NCBI GenBank assembly: GCA_044345405.1
Contig: JBIJBE010000014.1
Coordinates: 17,170 to 81,169 of the forward strand
Reading direction: 5' to 3'
DNA from: Bdellovibrionota bacterium
GTDB taxonomy: Bacteria; Bdellovibrionota_C; UBA2361; OMII01
DNA: 64,000 nucleotides
A model generated the notes under the pieces. That model had not been told where the DNA came from and ran no database searches. It was given only the letters and a program-made list of their open reading frames with translations. Numbering within the stretch: position 1 is the first letter of the stretch; each line of letters begins with the position of its first letter. This document shows positions 20,677-31,701 of the stretch, piece after piece. A program made the position numbers and the translations under genes.

Positions 20677-21174
20677 ATGGACGAAACTACCAAGAAGATT
20701 ATCGACACCATCTCGGTTGTGTATCCGAAGCCCACGCAGATCCCAACGGGACAGTCGTGCTCGGTTTTCTACGATTGCTTTCAACTCTCTCCAAGCGATC
20801 TCGCCCGACTCGCGGCTGAGGCTGTGGGGGACGTAGACCACGATACCTTCGATATCGTGGTCGGGCTCGCGTATAGTGGAATCCTGTTCGCATCCGCTGT
20901 CGCGGGTGGCAAAAAGGTAGGGATTCTCCAAAAAGACGGGCAGCTCTTTGGGCCCTCATTGAAGGGACTTCGGGTTATCGTCGCTGACGACGTTGTACAC
21001 TCAGGTGGTCGGATGCGAGAGGCTGCTTCGAAGGTGGCCGCCGCCGGCGGAGAGGTTATCGGCTTTGCGTGCATCGTCGATCGCTCGGCTGGGAAGTTCA
21101 CCAACGGTATCCCTTCAGAAAAGAACGGCGAAATGGGGCCATTGTGGAGTGCATTCCAGACCGATATGGAATAA
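20677..21174 (+). CDS. Type I phosphoribosyltransferase (orotate PRTase-like)
   Basis: PRPP-binding loop VIVADDVVHSGG, VVGLAYSGILFA, CIVDRS; RBS GAGGAG. Confidence 0.8.
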   Translation: MDETTKKIIDTISVVYPKPTQIPTGQSCSVFYDCFQLSPSDLARLAAEAVGDVDHDTFDIVVGLAYSGILFASAVAGGKKVGILQKDGQLFGPSLKGLRVIVADDVVHSGGRMREAASKVAAAGGEVIGFACIVDRSAGKFTNGIPSEKNGEMGPLWSAFQTDME

Positions 21175-21216
21175 ACTTTTCATACTCTCACATACAAAAC
21201 CCGTTCCGGAGTTATC

Positions 21217-21771
21217 ATGACCGTTAAGAATCCCTGGCAGCGCCGAGGCAGCAAGCTCGTATACTCAAATCCGTGGATCACGGTTCGTGAGGATGATGTC
21301 ATTACGCCTGGCGGTAAACCGGGTATTTACGGCGTCGTCGAGACCCGAATCGCCACCGGGGTTGTCGCCCTTACCGAGAAGAACGAGATCTATCTCGTTG
21401 GGCAATATCGCTACCCCGTTGATCAGTATTCTTGGGAGATCCCCGAGGGGGGATCTGAGATTGATGAGGACCCGATGGTGACCGCGAAGCGGGAGCTTCG
21501 TGAGGAGACGGGGCTTGAGGCCGAGTCGTGGGAGCAGCTCGGTGGTGAGATTCACCTCAGTAATTGCTTTTCATCGGAGCGAGGGTTTCTCTATCTCGCC
21601 CGAGGATTGCGAGAGGGGGTCGCTGAACCGGATCACACAGAGGAGCTTCAGGTAAAGAAGATCCCTTTCGCCGAGTGCCTCGCGATGGTTGATCGCGGGG
21701 AGATAAAGGACAGCCTTACCGTTATCGCCGTCTTACGTATCGCACGTGTTTTGGGTACGAGGAGCGCGTGA
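21217..21771 (+). CDS. NUDIX hydrolase (ADP-ribose pyrophosphatase-like)
   Basis: QYRYP..WEIPEGG and Nudix box AKRELREETGL. Confidence 0.93.
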   Translation: MTVKNPWQRRGSKLVYSNPWITVREDDVITPGGKPGIYGVVETRIATGVVALTEKNEIYLVGQYRYPVDQYSWEIPEGGSEIDEDPMVTAKRELREETGLEAESWEQLGGEIHLSNCFSSERGFLYLARGLREGVAEPDHTEELQVKKIPFAECLAMVDRGEIKDSLTVIAVLRIARVLGTRSA

Positions 21772-23144
21772 ACTTTCTCTCGACCCGTTCATCGAAGAGT
21801 CTCGTTCGGGAAGGGCTTCTCGACGCGGCCAAGATGGGCGCGACCGAGACCTATCTCGGCGCGTTCGGCGTCTTTCTCGGAGGCGCTCCCCTTCAGATAG
21901 GGGCACTCGCGACCTTGCCACCTCTTATAGGGGCGATCACACAGTCGATCGGGATGCGGCTCAGCGAGCGCGCGACGAGTCGTCGAGGTATCGTGGCGAG
22001 CCTCATGAGGCTTCAGTCCCTCTTGTTACTCCCAATAGCTTCTATCCCATTTCTTTTTGATTCGGGATCGAAGGCGGTTACCGCCCTGATCGGTGTCGTT
22101 GTGCTGTATCATATCACGATCGGTCTGATCGCCCCGGTATGGAATAGTTTGGTGGGAGACCTCCTACCGCCACTATCGCGTGGTGAGTTCTTCGGATTTC
22201 GCAATAAGTGGATGGCGATCGTAACCTTTAGCGCTGTGGTGCTCGCGGGTCAAACGATCCATTGGTTTAACGAGTTCGGCCTTGAGGCCTGGGGATTCGT
22301 CCTCGTCTTCCTTTTCTCCGCGGTTGCTCGGTGGTTCTCCGCTTCGGCCTTTAGGGGAGTGGACGACGTATCGCTGCACGTGCCCGATGAATCAAAGTTC
22401 ACCTTCTGGCAATTTATCGCCCGGGCGCGGTACTCCAACTTTGTGAAGTTCGTATTTTTCGTTTCGTGTATGAACTTTGCGGCCTCGATCTCGGGTCCAT
22501 ACTTCGCGATGTACATGCTGAAGGACCTCTCGCTCTCCTACGCGGATTACACCGTGGTGGTCGCCGCCGCCGTGCTCGCGCAGTTCGTCGTGATGCGCTC
22601 GTGGGGCGCGATGAGTGACCAGTTCGGTAATCGAACGATCTTGAAGGTGTGTGGCACGTTGGTGGCGTTTAACCCCGTATTGTGGTTGATCTCGTCGAAT
22701 TTCTGGTACGTGCTCTTCATTCAATTTTATAGTGGGATCTTTTGGGCGGGGTTTACCTTGGCGGCGGCGAACTTTGTGTTCGACGCCGTAACGCCTCCAA
22801 AGAGAGCGAGGTGTGTCGCCTACCAGGCGATTATCAACGGCTTCCTCGTTTTTAGCGGATCGTGTGTTGGTGGTTGGGTGGTGCATCTGGTCCCGGACGT
22901 ATGGGTAGAACACCTTGGTTTATGGGTGCCGCACTCGAAGTTCCTCGCGCTGTTCGTACTCTCTGGCGTCCTGAGAATGGGGGTGATGCTGTTCCTCTTC
23001 CCCGCCTTTAAAGAGGTGCGACAGGTCGAAAGTATTCGAGGTCATCAGCTCCTGATCCGGGTGACTTCGCTCCGCCCGTTGTGGGGTGGAACCTTCTCGT
23101 TTATCTCGCAGCGGTATTCGGAGCGGCGGGGGAGGAGGGAGTAG
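21768..23144 (+). CDS. MFS transporter
   Basis: About 12 hydrophobic segments; WGAMSDQFGNR loop motif; RGEFFGFRN. Confidence 0.88.
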   Translation: MNFLSTRSSKSLVREGLLDAAKMGATETYLGAFGVFLGGAPLQIGALATLPPLIGAITQSIGMRLSERATSRRGIVASLMRLQSLLLLPIASIPFLFDSGSKAVTALIGVVVLYHITIGLIAPVWNSLVGDLLPPLSRGEFFGFRNKWMAIVTFSAVVLAGQTIHWFNEFGLEAWGFVLVFLFSAVARWFSASAFRGVDDVSLHVPDESKFTFWQFIARARYSNFVKFVFFVSCMNFAASISGPYFAMYMLKDLSLSYADYTVVVAAAVLAQFVVMRSWGAMSDQFGNRTILKVCGTLVAFNPVLWLISSNFWYVLFIQFYSGIFWAGFTLAAANFVFDAVTPPKRARCVAYQAIINGFLVFSGSCVGGWVVHLVPDVWVEHLGLWVPHSKFLALFVLSGVLRMGVMLFLFPAFKEVRQVESIRGHQLLIRVTSLRPLWGGTFSFISQRYSERRGRRE

Positions 23145-23170
23145 GATACAGCTATTTCTACCCGGGACTT

Positions 23171-23262
23171 GGGAGGGCGACCGTCCTCGGTCGCCGTGTT
23201 TCGTCCGGCGAAATCGATGCGCGATGCGCGATTTTTCGGCGACCGGGGACGGTCGCCCTCCC
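23171..23262. repeat. Inverted pair of 25-bp GGAG-footed REP-like palindromes
   Basis: GGGAGGGCGACCGTCCTCGGTCGCC (23171-23195) and an inverted copy (23238-23262) between convergent genes; related copies at 55384 and 63715-64000. Confidence 0.85.
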
Positions 23263-23288
23263 GCCATTCCGGGCCGTAAGCGTCAGGA

Positions 23289-24125
23289 CTACGACTTCAA
23301 CGACCCCACCCCCTGCGTCCCCGCATACTGCCCCCGTTCGTTCATCGTCACACGAACGGCGGCCGTATCGGCATCATGCTGGAAGCAGAGCAACGCGTTT
23401 TCGGTTCGCGCTCTTTCAAGGAAGCTGTGCTTCTCCAGGAGCAGGGTCTCCGCGCACACGTCGTATCCCATGTGGTAGGCGAGGGGAACGTGGTGAGCTG
23501 TTGGTATAAGATCTGTCGCGAAGAAGAGTTTATCGCTGCCGTCGGTGATCTCGATCCACTGCTGTCCCTTGGTGTGACCATCGACACGATGCACAACAAG
23601 GCCTGGCACGATCTCAGAGGTTCCCTCATAGAGCGATAGTTTCGCTTTCGCGAGCGGCTTAACATTCTCCGGAAGGTAGCTCGCCCGGTCTTTGAGTGTC
23701 GGATTGTTCGCGTGTTCCCAATTCGCTTTTTGCAGATGGATCGTCGCGTCGGGGAATGATAGCTCCACGCCGCCGTCTGGTGTGGGCGAGGTAATGCCTC
23801 CCGCGTGGTCGAAATGGAGGTGAGTGAGAATAACATCGGTCACCGATTTCGGATCGAAGCCCCATGATTCCTTTGGGGTATTCTTGATGCCGTAGATCTG
23901 TCGTTGCTTGTCAGACCACTTCTCACCCATCCCAACATCGACGAGAAAGCGTCTCGTTCCGATGTCGATGAGAAGGGAGCGGCACGCGAGGCTGATGCAA
24001 TTTTCGGTGTCTCCTGGGATGCTGCGAGACCATAGATTCTTAGGGACGGACCCGAACATACAGCCACCATCCAATCGAAAGTGACCGAAGATAACCTCTG
24101 AGATGGTGAACGCGCCGATCTTCAT
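23289..24125 (-). CDS. MBL-fold metallo-hydrolase (YtnP-like)
   Basis: FRLDGGCMFGSVPK, THLHFDHAGG, GHTKGQQ, MGYD, FQHD. Confidence 0.92.
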   Translation of the reverse strand: MKIGAFTISEVIFGHFRLDGGCMFGSVPKNLWSRSIPGDTENCISLACRSLLIDIGTRRFLVDVGMGEKWSDKQRQIYGIKNTPKESWGFDPKSVTDVILTHLHFDHAGGITSPTPDGGVELSFPDATIHLQKANWEHANNPTLKDRASYLPENVKPLAKAKLSLYEGTSEIVPGLVVHRVDGHTKGQQWIEITDGSDKLFFATDLIPTAHHVPLAYHMGYDVCAETLLLEKHSFLERARTENALLCFQHDADTAAVRVTMNERGQYAGTQGVGSLKS

Positions 24126-24156
24126 GATGAATCCCCTTAGGTAAGGATATACCCTT

Positions 24157-24939
24157 CTAGGCTTTGCGCCACGAAGGTTCTCGCTTCTGTGTGAATGCTG
24201 TCAGCCCCTCGGTCGCCTCCGATCCGAGGCTCAAGAGAGCGCTTCGATCGGCGAGCTCATGAAGGAAGGGAAGGTATTCCCGTTCGGTCACATCGAGAAG
24301 GGCCTGTTTCGAAGCCTGGAGGGCATGTGGTCCCTGCTTGATGAGTCTCTTGCACAGGGCGTCGGCCTCACTATCGAGCGATGCCTTCGCGTGGACGGCG
24401 GTCACGAGTCCGATCTCAAGCGCTCTCGCGGCGGAGATCCGCTCGCCCGTCATGATCATCTGGGTCAGCGCCTTCTTCTGTACGACGCGACTGAGCGGCG
24501 CCATCACCACCATCGCGGCTAGTCCAATTCCCACTTCGGGGAGGCCGAACACGGCGTCGTCCGAAGCCAGGGTAATGTCACACGCCGCGGCGAGCCCGCA
24601 TCCACCGGCGAGCGCGAACCCATGCACACGAGCGACAACGGGCACCGGACAGAGGTTTATCTTTTCGATGAGGGAGGCGATGGAAGCGAAGAACGCTCTC
24701 CGAGCGGATGGCGCGGGATTGTTGACGAGCTCCGCGATGTCCGCTCCGGCGCAGAACGCCTCCGTCCCGGCGCCACTCAATACCACACATCGAGCGAGTG
24801 GGTTTGTTGCCACCCCATCAAATGCCTCAGTGAGGAGCTTGATGGCTAGGGAGCTCAGGCTATTTCGAGCCTCAGGTCGATTAATAGTAATTGAGACGAT
24901 TCCCGCGGCTTCGGTGACGAGAACTGGAGCGGAGGTCAT
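24157..24939 (-). CDS. Enoyl-CoA hydratase/isomerase family protein
   Basis: INRPEARNSL, FCAGADI, ALAGGCGL, FGLPEV, EGLTAFTQKREP. Confidence 0.93.
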   Translation of the reverse strand: MTSAPVLVTEAAGIVSITINRPEARNSLSSLAIKLLTEAFDGVATNPLARCVVLSGAGTEAFCAGADIAELVNNPAPSARRAFFASIASLIEKINLCPVPVVARVHGFALAGGCGLAAACDITLASDDAVFGLPEVGIGLAAMVVMAPLSRVVQKKALTQMIMTGERISAARALEIGLVTAVHAKASLDSEADALCKRLIKQGPHALQASKQALLDVTEREYLPFLHELADRSALLSLGSEATEGLTAFTQKREPSWRKA

Positions 24940-24943
24940 GTGA

Positions 24944-25717
24944 CTACCTCATAAGAGAGAAGAGCTTGAGCGTGTTCGATGTAGTTATCGCCGCAACCTC
25001 TTCAAGCGACAACCCTTTTATTTCCGCAAGACGTTTCGCTGTTTGAGCCACAAAAGCTGGCTCACATCGCTTGCCTCGATGGGGCTCTGGAGCCAGGAAC
25101 GGAGCGTCTGTCTCGATTAAGATCTGCTCAAGTGGAATAGCCTTGCAGATATCTCGCACCTCTTGGGCCTTCTTAAAGGTGAGAAGTCCGGGGAAGGAGA
25201 CGTAGAACCCCATCTCCCATAAGCGGGCCGCGAACTCGGCATTCTCCGCGAAGCAATGAAAAACCCCGCCAACTTCCCCCGCGTTCCGCTCTTTAAGCAG
25301 AGCGAAGCTCTGTTCCCCTGCCTGACGCGAATGGATGATGAGCGGCTTTTTGACCTTCTTCGCCAGTTCAATCTGCTGTTCGAAGCGCTCGTATTGTTTA
25401 TCGACTGGCGCCCAATCACGATAAAAATCGAGTCCCGTCTCTCCGATCGCGACGACCTTAGGGTGTCGGGCGCGTTCTTCGAAAATACCGAGGTCTATCT
25501 CATGGGCCGCGTCATGGGGATGCACGCCGGCGCTCGCCCAGACAAAGGAATGCTCTTCGGCGAGCGCGATTGCGCGTCCAGATCCCTCAAGCCCCTTGCC
25601 GGTGCCGATGGTGAGCATTCGAGTAACCCCCGCGGCTCGTGCGCGCTCAATGACAGCGGCTCGATCCTCATCAAACTCTTTCGAGTCGAGGTGTGTGTGG
25701 GAGTCAGTGATATCCAT
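24944..25717 (-). CDS. tatD: TatD family DNase
   Basis: DSHTHLD, GVHPH, IGETGLDF, IHSR, FHCF, ETDAPFLAP. Confidence 0.95.
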   Translation of the reverse strand: MDITDSHTHLDSKEFDEDRAAVIERARAAGVTRMLTIGTGKGLEGSGRAIALAEEHSFVWASAGVHPHDAAHEIDLGIFEERARHPKVVAIGETGLDFYRDWAPVDKQYERFEQQIELAKKVKKPLIIHSRQAGEQSFALLKERNAGEVGGVFHCFAENAEFAARLWEMGFYVSFPGLLTFKKAQEVRDICKAIPLEQILIETDAPFLAPEPHRGKRCEPAFVAQTAKRLAEIKGLSLEEVAAITTSNTLKLFSLMR

Positions 25718-25722
25718 CGTGC

Positions 25723-26160
25723 TTAGCGAACGCGCGCGCCAGAAACGATCGGCTTATCTGGGGTGAGAAGCGCGAGTGTCCCATCTCCGTCGGTCGACGC
25801 GGCGAGGAGCATGCCGTTGCTTTCTACGCCCATCAGCTTGGCCGGTTTCAAATTAGCGACGATAACGATCTGTTTGCCGACAAGTTGCTCAGGCGTATAG
25901 TAAGGCGCGATGCCAGAAACGATCTGTCGCTTTCCGAGCTCACCAACATCAACCTGGATCTGATAGAGCTTCTTCGATTTAGGAACCAACTCAACGCTCA
26001 CGATCGTCGCTGTACGAAGTTTCACTCGCGCGAAGAGGTCGATATCAATGAGGTCCTCAGTAGCTGGCGCCGCCACCGGGGCGCTCTGAGCTGGTGCCGC
26101 GTCAGTTGGTTGAGCCGCTGTTGTTGGTGTAGTTGGGAGTTTTTCTGATGAGTTTTCCAT
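25723..26160 (-). CDS. Stand-alone tRNA-binding domain (MetG C-terminal/Trbp111-like, MetRS beta subunit)
   Basis: IDIDLFARVKLR, RQIVSGIA, VANLKPAKLMGVESNGMLLAA; no catalytic HIGH/KMSKS domain. Confidence 0.9.
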   Translation of the reverse strand: MENSSEKLPTTPTTAAQPTDAAPAQSAPVAAPATEDLIDIDLFARVKLRTATIVSVELVPKSKKLYQIQVDVGELGKRQIVSGIAPYYTPEQLVGKQIVIVANLKPAKLMGVESNGMLLAASTDGDGTLALLTPDKPIVSGARVR

Positions 26161-26224
26161 ACGTTCTCCTAAGGCCCGACAGTGTCAGCCAAGCAGGTCT
26201 AAAAGTCCAGAGCGGGGTTTTAAA

Positions 26225-26362
26225 CCCGTAAACGTGCACGTGCACGTAAACGTGAACGTACCCGGTATTGCTAGTGGTACCTTTGCGGGGTTAGGTGCCT
26301 GCTATGCATCGTCCTCTTTCGGGCATGTTTACGTTTACGAGCATGTGCACGTTCACGTACGA
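26225..26362. repeat. Inverted pair of 6-bp-period GTNNAC arrays
   Basis: GTAAAC GTGCAC GTGCAC GTAAAC GTGAAC GTACCC (26228-26263) and GGGCAT GTTTAC GTTTAC GAGCAT GTGCAC GTTCAC GTAC (26321-26360). Confidence 0.85.
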
Positions 26363-26399
26363 ACCTCCACATGCACAACTTGGTAAGGGAGTATTTTGC

Positions 26400-27386
26400 T
26401 TACCGGCCATCAATAAGCAGATCGCCCAATGTCGGATGTTGGCGAGGGGTTATCTGATAGGTATGTGAGAGCGCTCTGTCGCAGCTCTGCAGGGTCTTGA
26501 AGAGGGTGAGCGTTGGGTTTACGTGTCTGTCGAGAATAAGGTATTCGGCATCGAGCGCGTTCTGAAGCGCGGTGCCCCATACCGCGGCCGCGCTCGAATC
26601 CGCGCTGGTCGCCAAGAGGCGTTGACGTATCGTGGTGCGAAGAAAGGTGAGTCGTTCCTTGATCTGATTTTTGTCAGCTCCCCACTCTTGAGCGGCTCGA
26701 GCGACTACCGCGTGGTCTCCAAGCCACGCTCTTTCCACAACAGCTCGAACATCCTCCCACATCTCTGATTGAGCCTGGAGTGAGTCGAGGGACGCGGCGG
26801 ACCCGTCCGCGAGGAGGGTGAGTGCCTCAGAGATCTCATGGATGCCCCTAAGGTTAATGATCTCTTTAATCTCTTCCGTCGACAATCGATCGAAGAAGAA
26901 CCGTTGGCACCGTGAGAGGATTGTCGCGGGGAGTCTGGATGGATTCGCGAGCACGAGGATGAAGTACGTATCTGGGCGAGGCTCCTCAAGGGATTTAAGG
27001 ATAGTATTCGCTCCAACGATCGAGATCTCATCCGCGTCATTCAGAATCGCGACTTTTTTGCCCCCCATGAAGGGCTTGAGGCTCATCTTCTCGAGCGCTT
27101 GTCGGATATCATCGACGGTCGCGCCCCGCTCACCGCTAAACGTGAGGGTGATAAGATCGGGGTGAGTGTTGGACTCAAAGAGGGTGCAGGTTCGACAGGT
27201 GCCGCATCCACCTTGTGGAGCGCTCTCTTTTTGTTCGCACAGGAGCTGGCGCGCCACCTCGCGGGCGATCCGATTCTTGCCGATTCCGTGAAGTCCAGAA
27301 AATACCAACGCCGACGGGAGTCGATCGGAGCGAACGAGTTCAGCGAGCTCCTTTCTTTGCGTTGTGTGGCCGATGATGGATGTCAC
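26400..27386 (-). CDS. holB: DNA polymerase III subunit delta'
   Basis: SIIGH, GLHGIGK, zinc CGTCRTC, HPDL, NTILKSLEEP, TILSRCQ; downstream of tmk. Confidence 0.92.
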   Translation of the reverse strand: MTSIIGHTTQRKELAELVRSDRLPSALVFSGLHGIGKNRIAREVARQLLCEQKESAPQGGCGTCRTCTLFESNTHPDLITLTFSGERGATVDDIRQALEKMSLKPFMGGKKVAILNDADEISIVGANTILKSLEEPRPDTYFILVLANPSRLPATILSRCQRFFFDRLSTEEIKEIINLRGIHEISEALTLLADGSAASLDSLQAQSEMWEDVRAVVERAWLGDHAVVARAAQEWGADKNQIKERLTFLRTTIRQRLLATSADSSAAAVWGTALQNALDAEYLILDRHVNPTLTLFKTLQSCDRALSHTYQITPRQHPTLGDLLIDGR

Positions 27387-27436
27387 GTTGGTACTGTAGG
27401 ATTAATTGTTCTCGGGAGGAAGAGTAAAGGGGGTGT

Positions 27437-28084
27437 TTAGAGACCGCACGCTCGAGCTGCCTCCTCGCAAAGCTCTTCGGGCGTTTTTCGGGCGTCGAGG
27501 ACGAGGAATGGGACCGTGGACTCTTTGGCGCACTCCAGAAATCCCTCTCGAATCCTCGTGTGAAAGGCAAGCTCCTCATCCTCGAATGAATCCTTGGCGC
27601 TGGAATTGCGGGAAGCTATCCGTTTAACGGCCTCCTCGGGGGCAAGGTCGAGCAGGATGACGAGGTTGGGAACCGTTCCCTGAATAGCGAGGTCGTTCGC
27701 TTGGTCCAGAAGGTTTCGATCGATTCCCCGACCGTGTCCTTGGAACGTGATAGTGGAGTAGATAAATCGATCGGTGAGAACCCAAGCGCCTCGCGCGAGG
27801 CTGGGCCGGATGACTTTGTCGATGTGCTCGGCGCGGTCCGCGGCAAAGAGAAGGAGCTCTGCCCGCGAGGACTTCTTCTCTCCCTTCCAGTCTAGAAGAA
27901 GCTTTCGAATCTCCACCCCAAGTGGGGTTCCGCCCGGTTCCCGCGTGTCGCATACGGAATATCCCTTCGAGGCGAGCTTCGCTGAAACAAGCTTGTGAAG
28001 GGTCGATTTGCCACACCCATTTATCCCTTCGAAGGCGATGAATGCTGGAGATGTGGTGAGGGTGAAGTTTGAAGAGACGAGCAT
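27437..28084 (-). CDS. tmk: Thymidylate kinase
   Basis: FIAFEGINGCGKST, TREPGGT, LLFAADRAEH, DRFIYST. Confidence 0.96.
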   Translation of the reverse strand: MLVSSNFTLTTSPAFIAFEGINGCGKSTLHKLVSAKLASKGYSVCDTREPGGTPLGVEIRKLLLDWKGEKKSSRAELLLFAADRAEHIDKVIRPSLARGAWVLTDRFIYSTITFQGHGRGIDRNLLDQANDLAIQGTVPNLVILLDLAPEEAVKRIASRNSSAKDSFEDEELAFHTRIREGFLECAKESTVPFLVLDARKTPEELCEEAARACGL

Positions 28085-28460
28085 ACGTGGAGAGAGTGGT
28101 ACTTGAAGTGAGTAGGCATGTACAGAGAACTTTTAAATGATGCTCTGCCCGGGATAAAAATAGTGAATTCCTTGAGTGCGGAGGCGTCGACTGAGGGATT
28201 GAACGAAATGAGGGCGCTTCTCTGCGATTGTGCGGGCACCTTGAAGCGACCGGGCCGAATCTGTGCTTTTAGGTGGGACATGAACGACTTTAGTCTTGAA
28301 TGAGCGGTCTTTTCGTTGGTCAATGAGGGGGGCGGAGGCGCTTGCTCCTTTAAGTGCTTGTAATTGCTTTGTAATTTTTCTTATTGCAGCAACGTACCGT
28401 TCTTGGAATAGTGCTCCACGTGGACGTTAGTCCGTTTGAACGTAAAATGTGGAGATTCGT

Positions 28461-29057
28461 ATGAAAAAGATGATTCTCGCCGCCCTTCTTGCAGTAGGCG
28501 GCGCTACAACAGCTTCAGCTGATCCGTTGATGAAGTACACTTATGCTGACGTGTCGTACCAGTGGGCACACGTTGATGCTGAGGGCCTCAACGATTCCAA
28601 TGGAGTTGATACCAAGCTTTCTTACAGCCCGCTTGAGAACCTTGCGGCTGAGTTCGGATACAACTACGCTAACTCAGGCTTCACTGGCCAAAGCGTAAAC
28701 ATCGACCAAAGCTTCTTCCGTTATGGTCTTGCTGGTTACTACTCATACTGCAACGGCATCGACCTTGTAGCACGAGTAGGTGCTTCGCACGTTAACATCG
28801 ATTCTCAAGGAGATGCTGATGATGACGGCGTATACACAGGACTCGCTGTTCGTCACCAGCTCACAGATACCGTTGAGGTTGATGCTGAGGCTCTCTACGA
28901 CAACGTAAACAGCATCTACAACGTATCAGGCGGTCAGTGGACATACACTGGAACTGTTCTTAACACGTTGACTGAGGACCTCGCTCTCAAGCTTACAGCT
29001 GGGATCGATGCTGACACAGACATCTTCCTTACCGGCGGTATTCGCTTGGCAATGTAA
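28461..29057 (+). CDS. Outer membrane beta-barrel protein (small OMP/Ax21-like)
   Basis: Sec signal MKKMILAALLAVGGATTASA, alternating aromatic/hydrophobic strands, high-expression-like codon usage, own terminator. Confidence 0.8.
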   Translation: MKKMILAALLAVGGATTASADPLMKYTYADVSYQWAHVDAEGLNDSNGVDTKLSYSPLENLAAEFGYNYANSGFTGQSVNIDQSFFRYGLAGYYSYCNGIDLVARVGASHVNIDSQGDADDDGVYTGLAVRHQLTDTVEVDAEALYDNVNSIYNVSGGQWTYTGTVLNTLTEDLALKLTAGIDADTDIFLTGGIRLAM

Positions 29058-29078
29058 GTTGTAGCGTCAGGCTCAACG

Positions 29079-29110
29079 AAAAGGCGCTCCGCAAGGGGCG
29101 CCTTTTTTTT
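29079..29110 (+). terminator. Rho-independent terminator
   Basis: AAAAGGCGCTCC-GCAA-GGGGCGCC followed by T8. Confidence 0.9.
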
Positions 29111-29345
29111 GCGCACAGGTTCGAAAAATGGGGTATTTGGGGGGAAAAAGTGTTTCCCTGTCGCGAGTAAGGTGCTAATAAATCAATGTTTTTCACTGAC
29201 TAAGGCGTCCTATGCCGTTTCGAGCGCGCACAGCTGTTCCAGCGTGTCTCGTGTCATCCCCGGCTCTCAGGCCCCCTTTGTGCGCAGCAGAAAGTCACGT
29301 TATCAACGTGTTGTGGACCTTTCTCTCGGTAGTTGAGGAGTTCTA

Positions 29346-31673
29346 ATGGCTACAATTAAAACAAGTCTTCAAAATGAATCACGAGATCGATACCTCACCT
29401 ACGCTCTGAGTGTTGTATCGGGTCGCGCTCTTCCCGACGTCCGTGATGGTTTGAAGCCGGTTCAGCGCCGTATCCTCTACGCGATGTTGCAGAACCTGAA
29501 CCTCAAGCCATCCTCTAGTCACCGTAAGTCAGCCGCTGTCGTGGGAGAGGTGCTCGCTCGTTTCCATCCGCACGGAGATGTCGCGTGCTATGAAGCGATG
29601 GTCCGAATGGCGCAGGACTTCTCGCTGCGGTATCCACTCGTCGATGGTCAAGGAAACTTCGGATCGCTCGATGGTGATAACGCGGCCGCGTATCGATATA
29701 CCGAAGCGAAGCTTCGAGAGCTCGCGCTTGAGGTAATCGGGGAGATCAACGAGGAGACCGTCGCGTTCCGTGACAACTTCGACGCAACCGTTGTTGAACC
29801 GGTCGTTCTTCCAAGTCGTGTCCCGAATCTTCTTATTAACGGAGCGACCGGAATCGCGGTGGGAATGGCGACTAGTATTCCGCCCCACAATCTTAAAGAC
29901 ACGATCAAGGCGATCGTTGAGCTCGCGAAGGACCCAGAGCTCACCACATCAAAACTTACCACCATCATAAAGGCTCCTGATTTTCCGACCGGGTGTAACA
30001 TTCTCAACTCTCAGAAGGAGCTCGTTGAGATGTATGAAACGGGGCGTGGCTCCGTTCGTATGCGCGGAGAGTGGGCGGTCGAAGAACAGGCTCGCGGTAA
30101 ACAGGTGATCGTGGTGTCCTCGATTCCGTACGCCGTTAACAAAGCGACCGTTGTTGAGCGAATCGCTGGTCTTATCGTTGATCGCAAAGTGCCGCAGCTT
30201 GTGGATGTTCGTGATGAGTCGACCGATGAAGTTCGGATCGTTCTTGAGCTCGCGAGTGGCGCTGATCCGGAGGTCGCGATGGCGTACCTCTTCAAGAATA
30301 CCCCTCTGGAGTCGAACTTCGCGGTAAATCTTACCGCGTTGGTTCCTGCGGAAGGCGGATCGACGAGACCCGAGCTCCTCTCCCTTAAGGGGTGCTTGAG
30401 GCACTTCCTCGATTTCCGAATGGATGTGACTCAAAAACGACTTGAGTTCGAGCGCAGACAGCTTCTCGATCGTATCCACATCTTAGAGGGATTGGTAACG
30501 ATCTACGACGCGCTCGATGAGGCGATTAAGATCGTTCGCAAGAGCGATGGTCGTAGCGACGCCGCTGAGAAGTTGCGCGCGCGATTTAAGCTCTCTGAGG
30601 CGCAGTCCTTCGCGGTTGTTGATATGCGAATCTATCAACTCTCCCGCACGAACATCGACGAGATTAAGAAAGAGCTCGCTGAGAAAGAAAAACGAGTTAA
30701 AGAGATTGAGAAACTCCTCAAGAGTAAAGCAGCGCTTCAAGGGCTCGTATGCTCTGAGCTTGAGGCGCTCGCCGAGAAATATGGCGATCGACGCAAGTCG
30801 AAGCTCATCAAGGATAACGTAGATATTGAGTTCGATGAGACCGCCTACGTTGTTCAAGAGGACGTGCATGCCATCATCACCGCTGATGGATGGGTGAAGC
30901 GCATTCGTCGTACCAACGATCTCAGCTCGACTCGGCTGCGAGAGGGCGATGCGCTGTTGTCAGGGCATGCACTCACGACGCTCGATTCAGTGGCTCTTAT
31001 TACAAGTCTGGGTACGCTCTTTGTGCTGAAGGTCTCGGACTTCCCAGCTTCGACCGGATATGGAACGCCGATTCAAAAGTTGCTGAAGTTTAAAGACGGA
31101 GAGCGAATTGTCAGCTCGTTCGGTATCCCAGCGAGTGCCGCGGCTCCAACGGTCTCGGCGAGTGGACAGGCTGAGTTGCCACTCGGTGGTGCCGCGACCG
31201 GCGCGTCGTCTCAAGACCGTCGACTTAAGGATGGAGATACTTTGGTGCTTGTTGGCACAAAGGGTACTGGCTACGCGCTTACCCTCACTGAGCTTGGCGA
31301 GACAAAGCGAACGGGACGGCGAATTATGAAGCTTCGTGACGGAGAGTTCTTGTCGGCCGTCGCTCCGCTCAGCCCGATGATGGTGTTTATTACCCAAGAT
31401 GGGTCAGGACTCGCGATCGCGCAGTCTGAGATCCCGGTGCGTGACAGCGCCGCCGTTGGTGTTGCCCTCATGGGAGTGCGAGATGATGATAACCTCGTCG
31501 CGTGCTGTGGAGTCGCGTCGCCGAAGATGAAGGGAACGCTCCTCTTGAGCCTGAAGTCGGGCAAGACTAAGGATGTCCCCCTCTCTGAGGTTACGAAGGG
31601 GCATCGCGCCTTGAAGGGAACTAAGGTGTACTCGCGTGACGAGATCGTCGGCGCGACCGTTGTTGATGGTTAA
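29346..31673 (+). CDS. parC: Type IIA topoisomerase subunit A (topoisomerase IV ParC-like)
   Basis: [22 protein letters not shown], catalytic AAYRYTE; no GyrA-box (QRRGGKG) in the CTD. Confidence 0.85.
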   Translation: MATIKTSLQNESRDRYLTYALSVVSGRALPDVRDGLKPVQRRILYAMLQNLNLKPSSSHRKSAAVVGEVLARFHPHGDVACYEAMVRMAQDFSLRYPLVDGQGNFGSLDGDNAAAYRYTEAKLRELALEVIGEINEETVAFRDNFDATVVEPVVLPSRVPNLLINGATGIAVGMATSIPPHNLKDTIKAIVELAKDPELTTSKLTTIIKAPDFPTGCNILNSQKELVEMYETGRGSVRMRGEWAVEEQARGKQVIVVSSIPYAVNKATVVERIAGLIVDRKVPQLVDVRDESTDEVRIVLELASGADPEVAMAYLFKNTPLESNFAVNLTALVPAEGGSTRPELLSLKGCLRHFLDFRMDVTQKRLEFERRQLLDRIHILEGLVTIYDALDEAIKIVRKSDGRSDAAEKLRARFKLSEAQSFAVVDMRIYQLSRTNIDEIKKELAEKEKRVKEIEKLLKSKAALQGLVCSELEALAEKYGDRRKSKLIKDNVDIEFDETAYVVQEDVHAIITADGWVKRIRRTNDLSSTRLREGDALLSGHALTTLDSVALITSLGTLFVLKVSDFPASTGYGTPIQKLLKFKDGERIVSSFGIPASAAAPTVSASGQAELPLGGAATGASSQDRRLKDGDTLVLVGTKGTGYALTLTELGETKRTGRRIMKLRDGEFLSAVAPLSPMMVFITQDGSGLAIAQSEIPVRDSAAVGVALMGVRDDDNLVACCGVASPKMKGTLLLSLKSGKTKDVPLSEVTKGHRALKGTKVYSRDEIVGATVVDG

Positions 31674-31701
31674 GAGGGTTTGAGAAGGGGAGATCGTTAC
31701 G

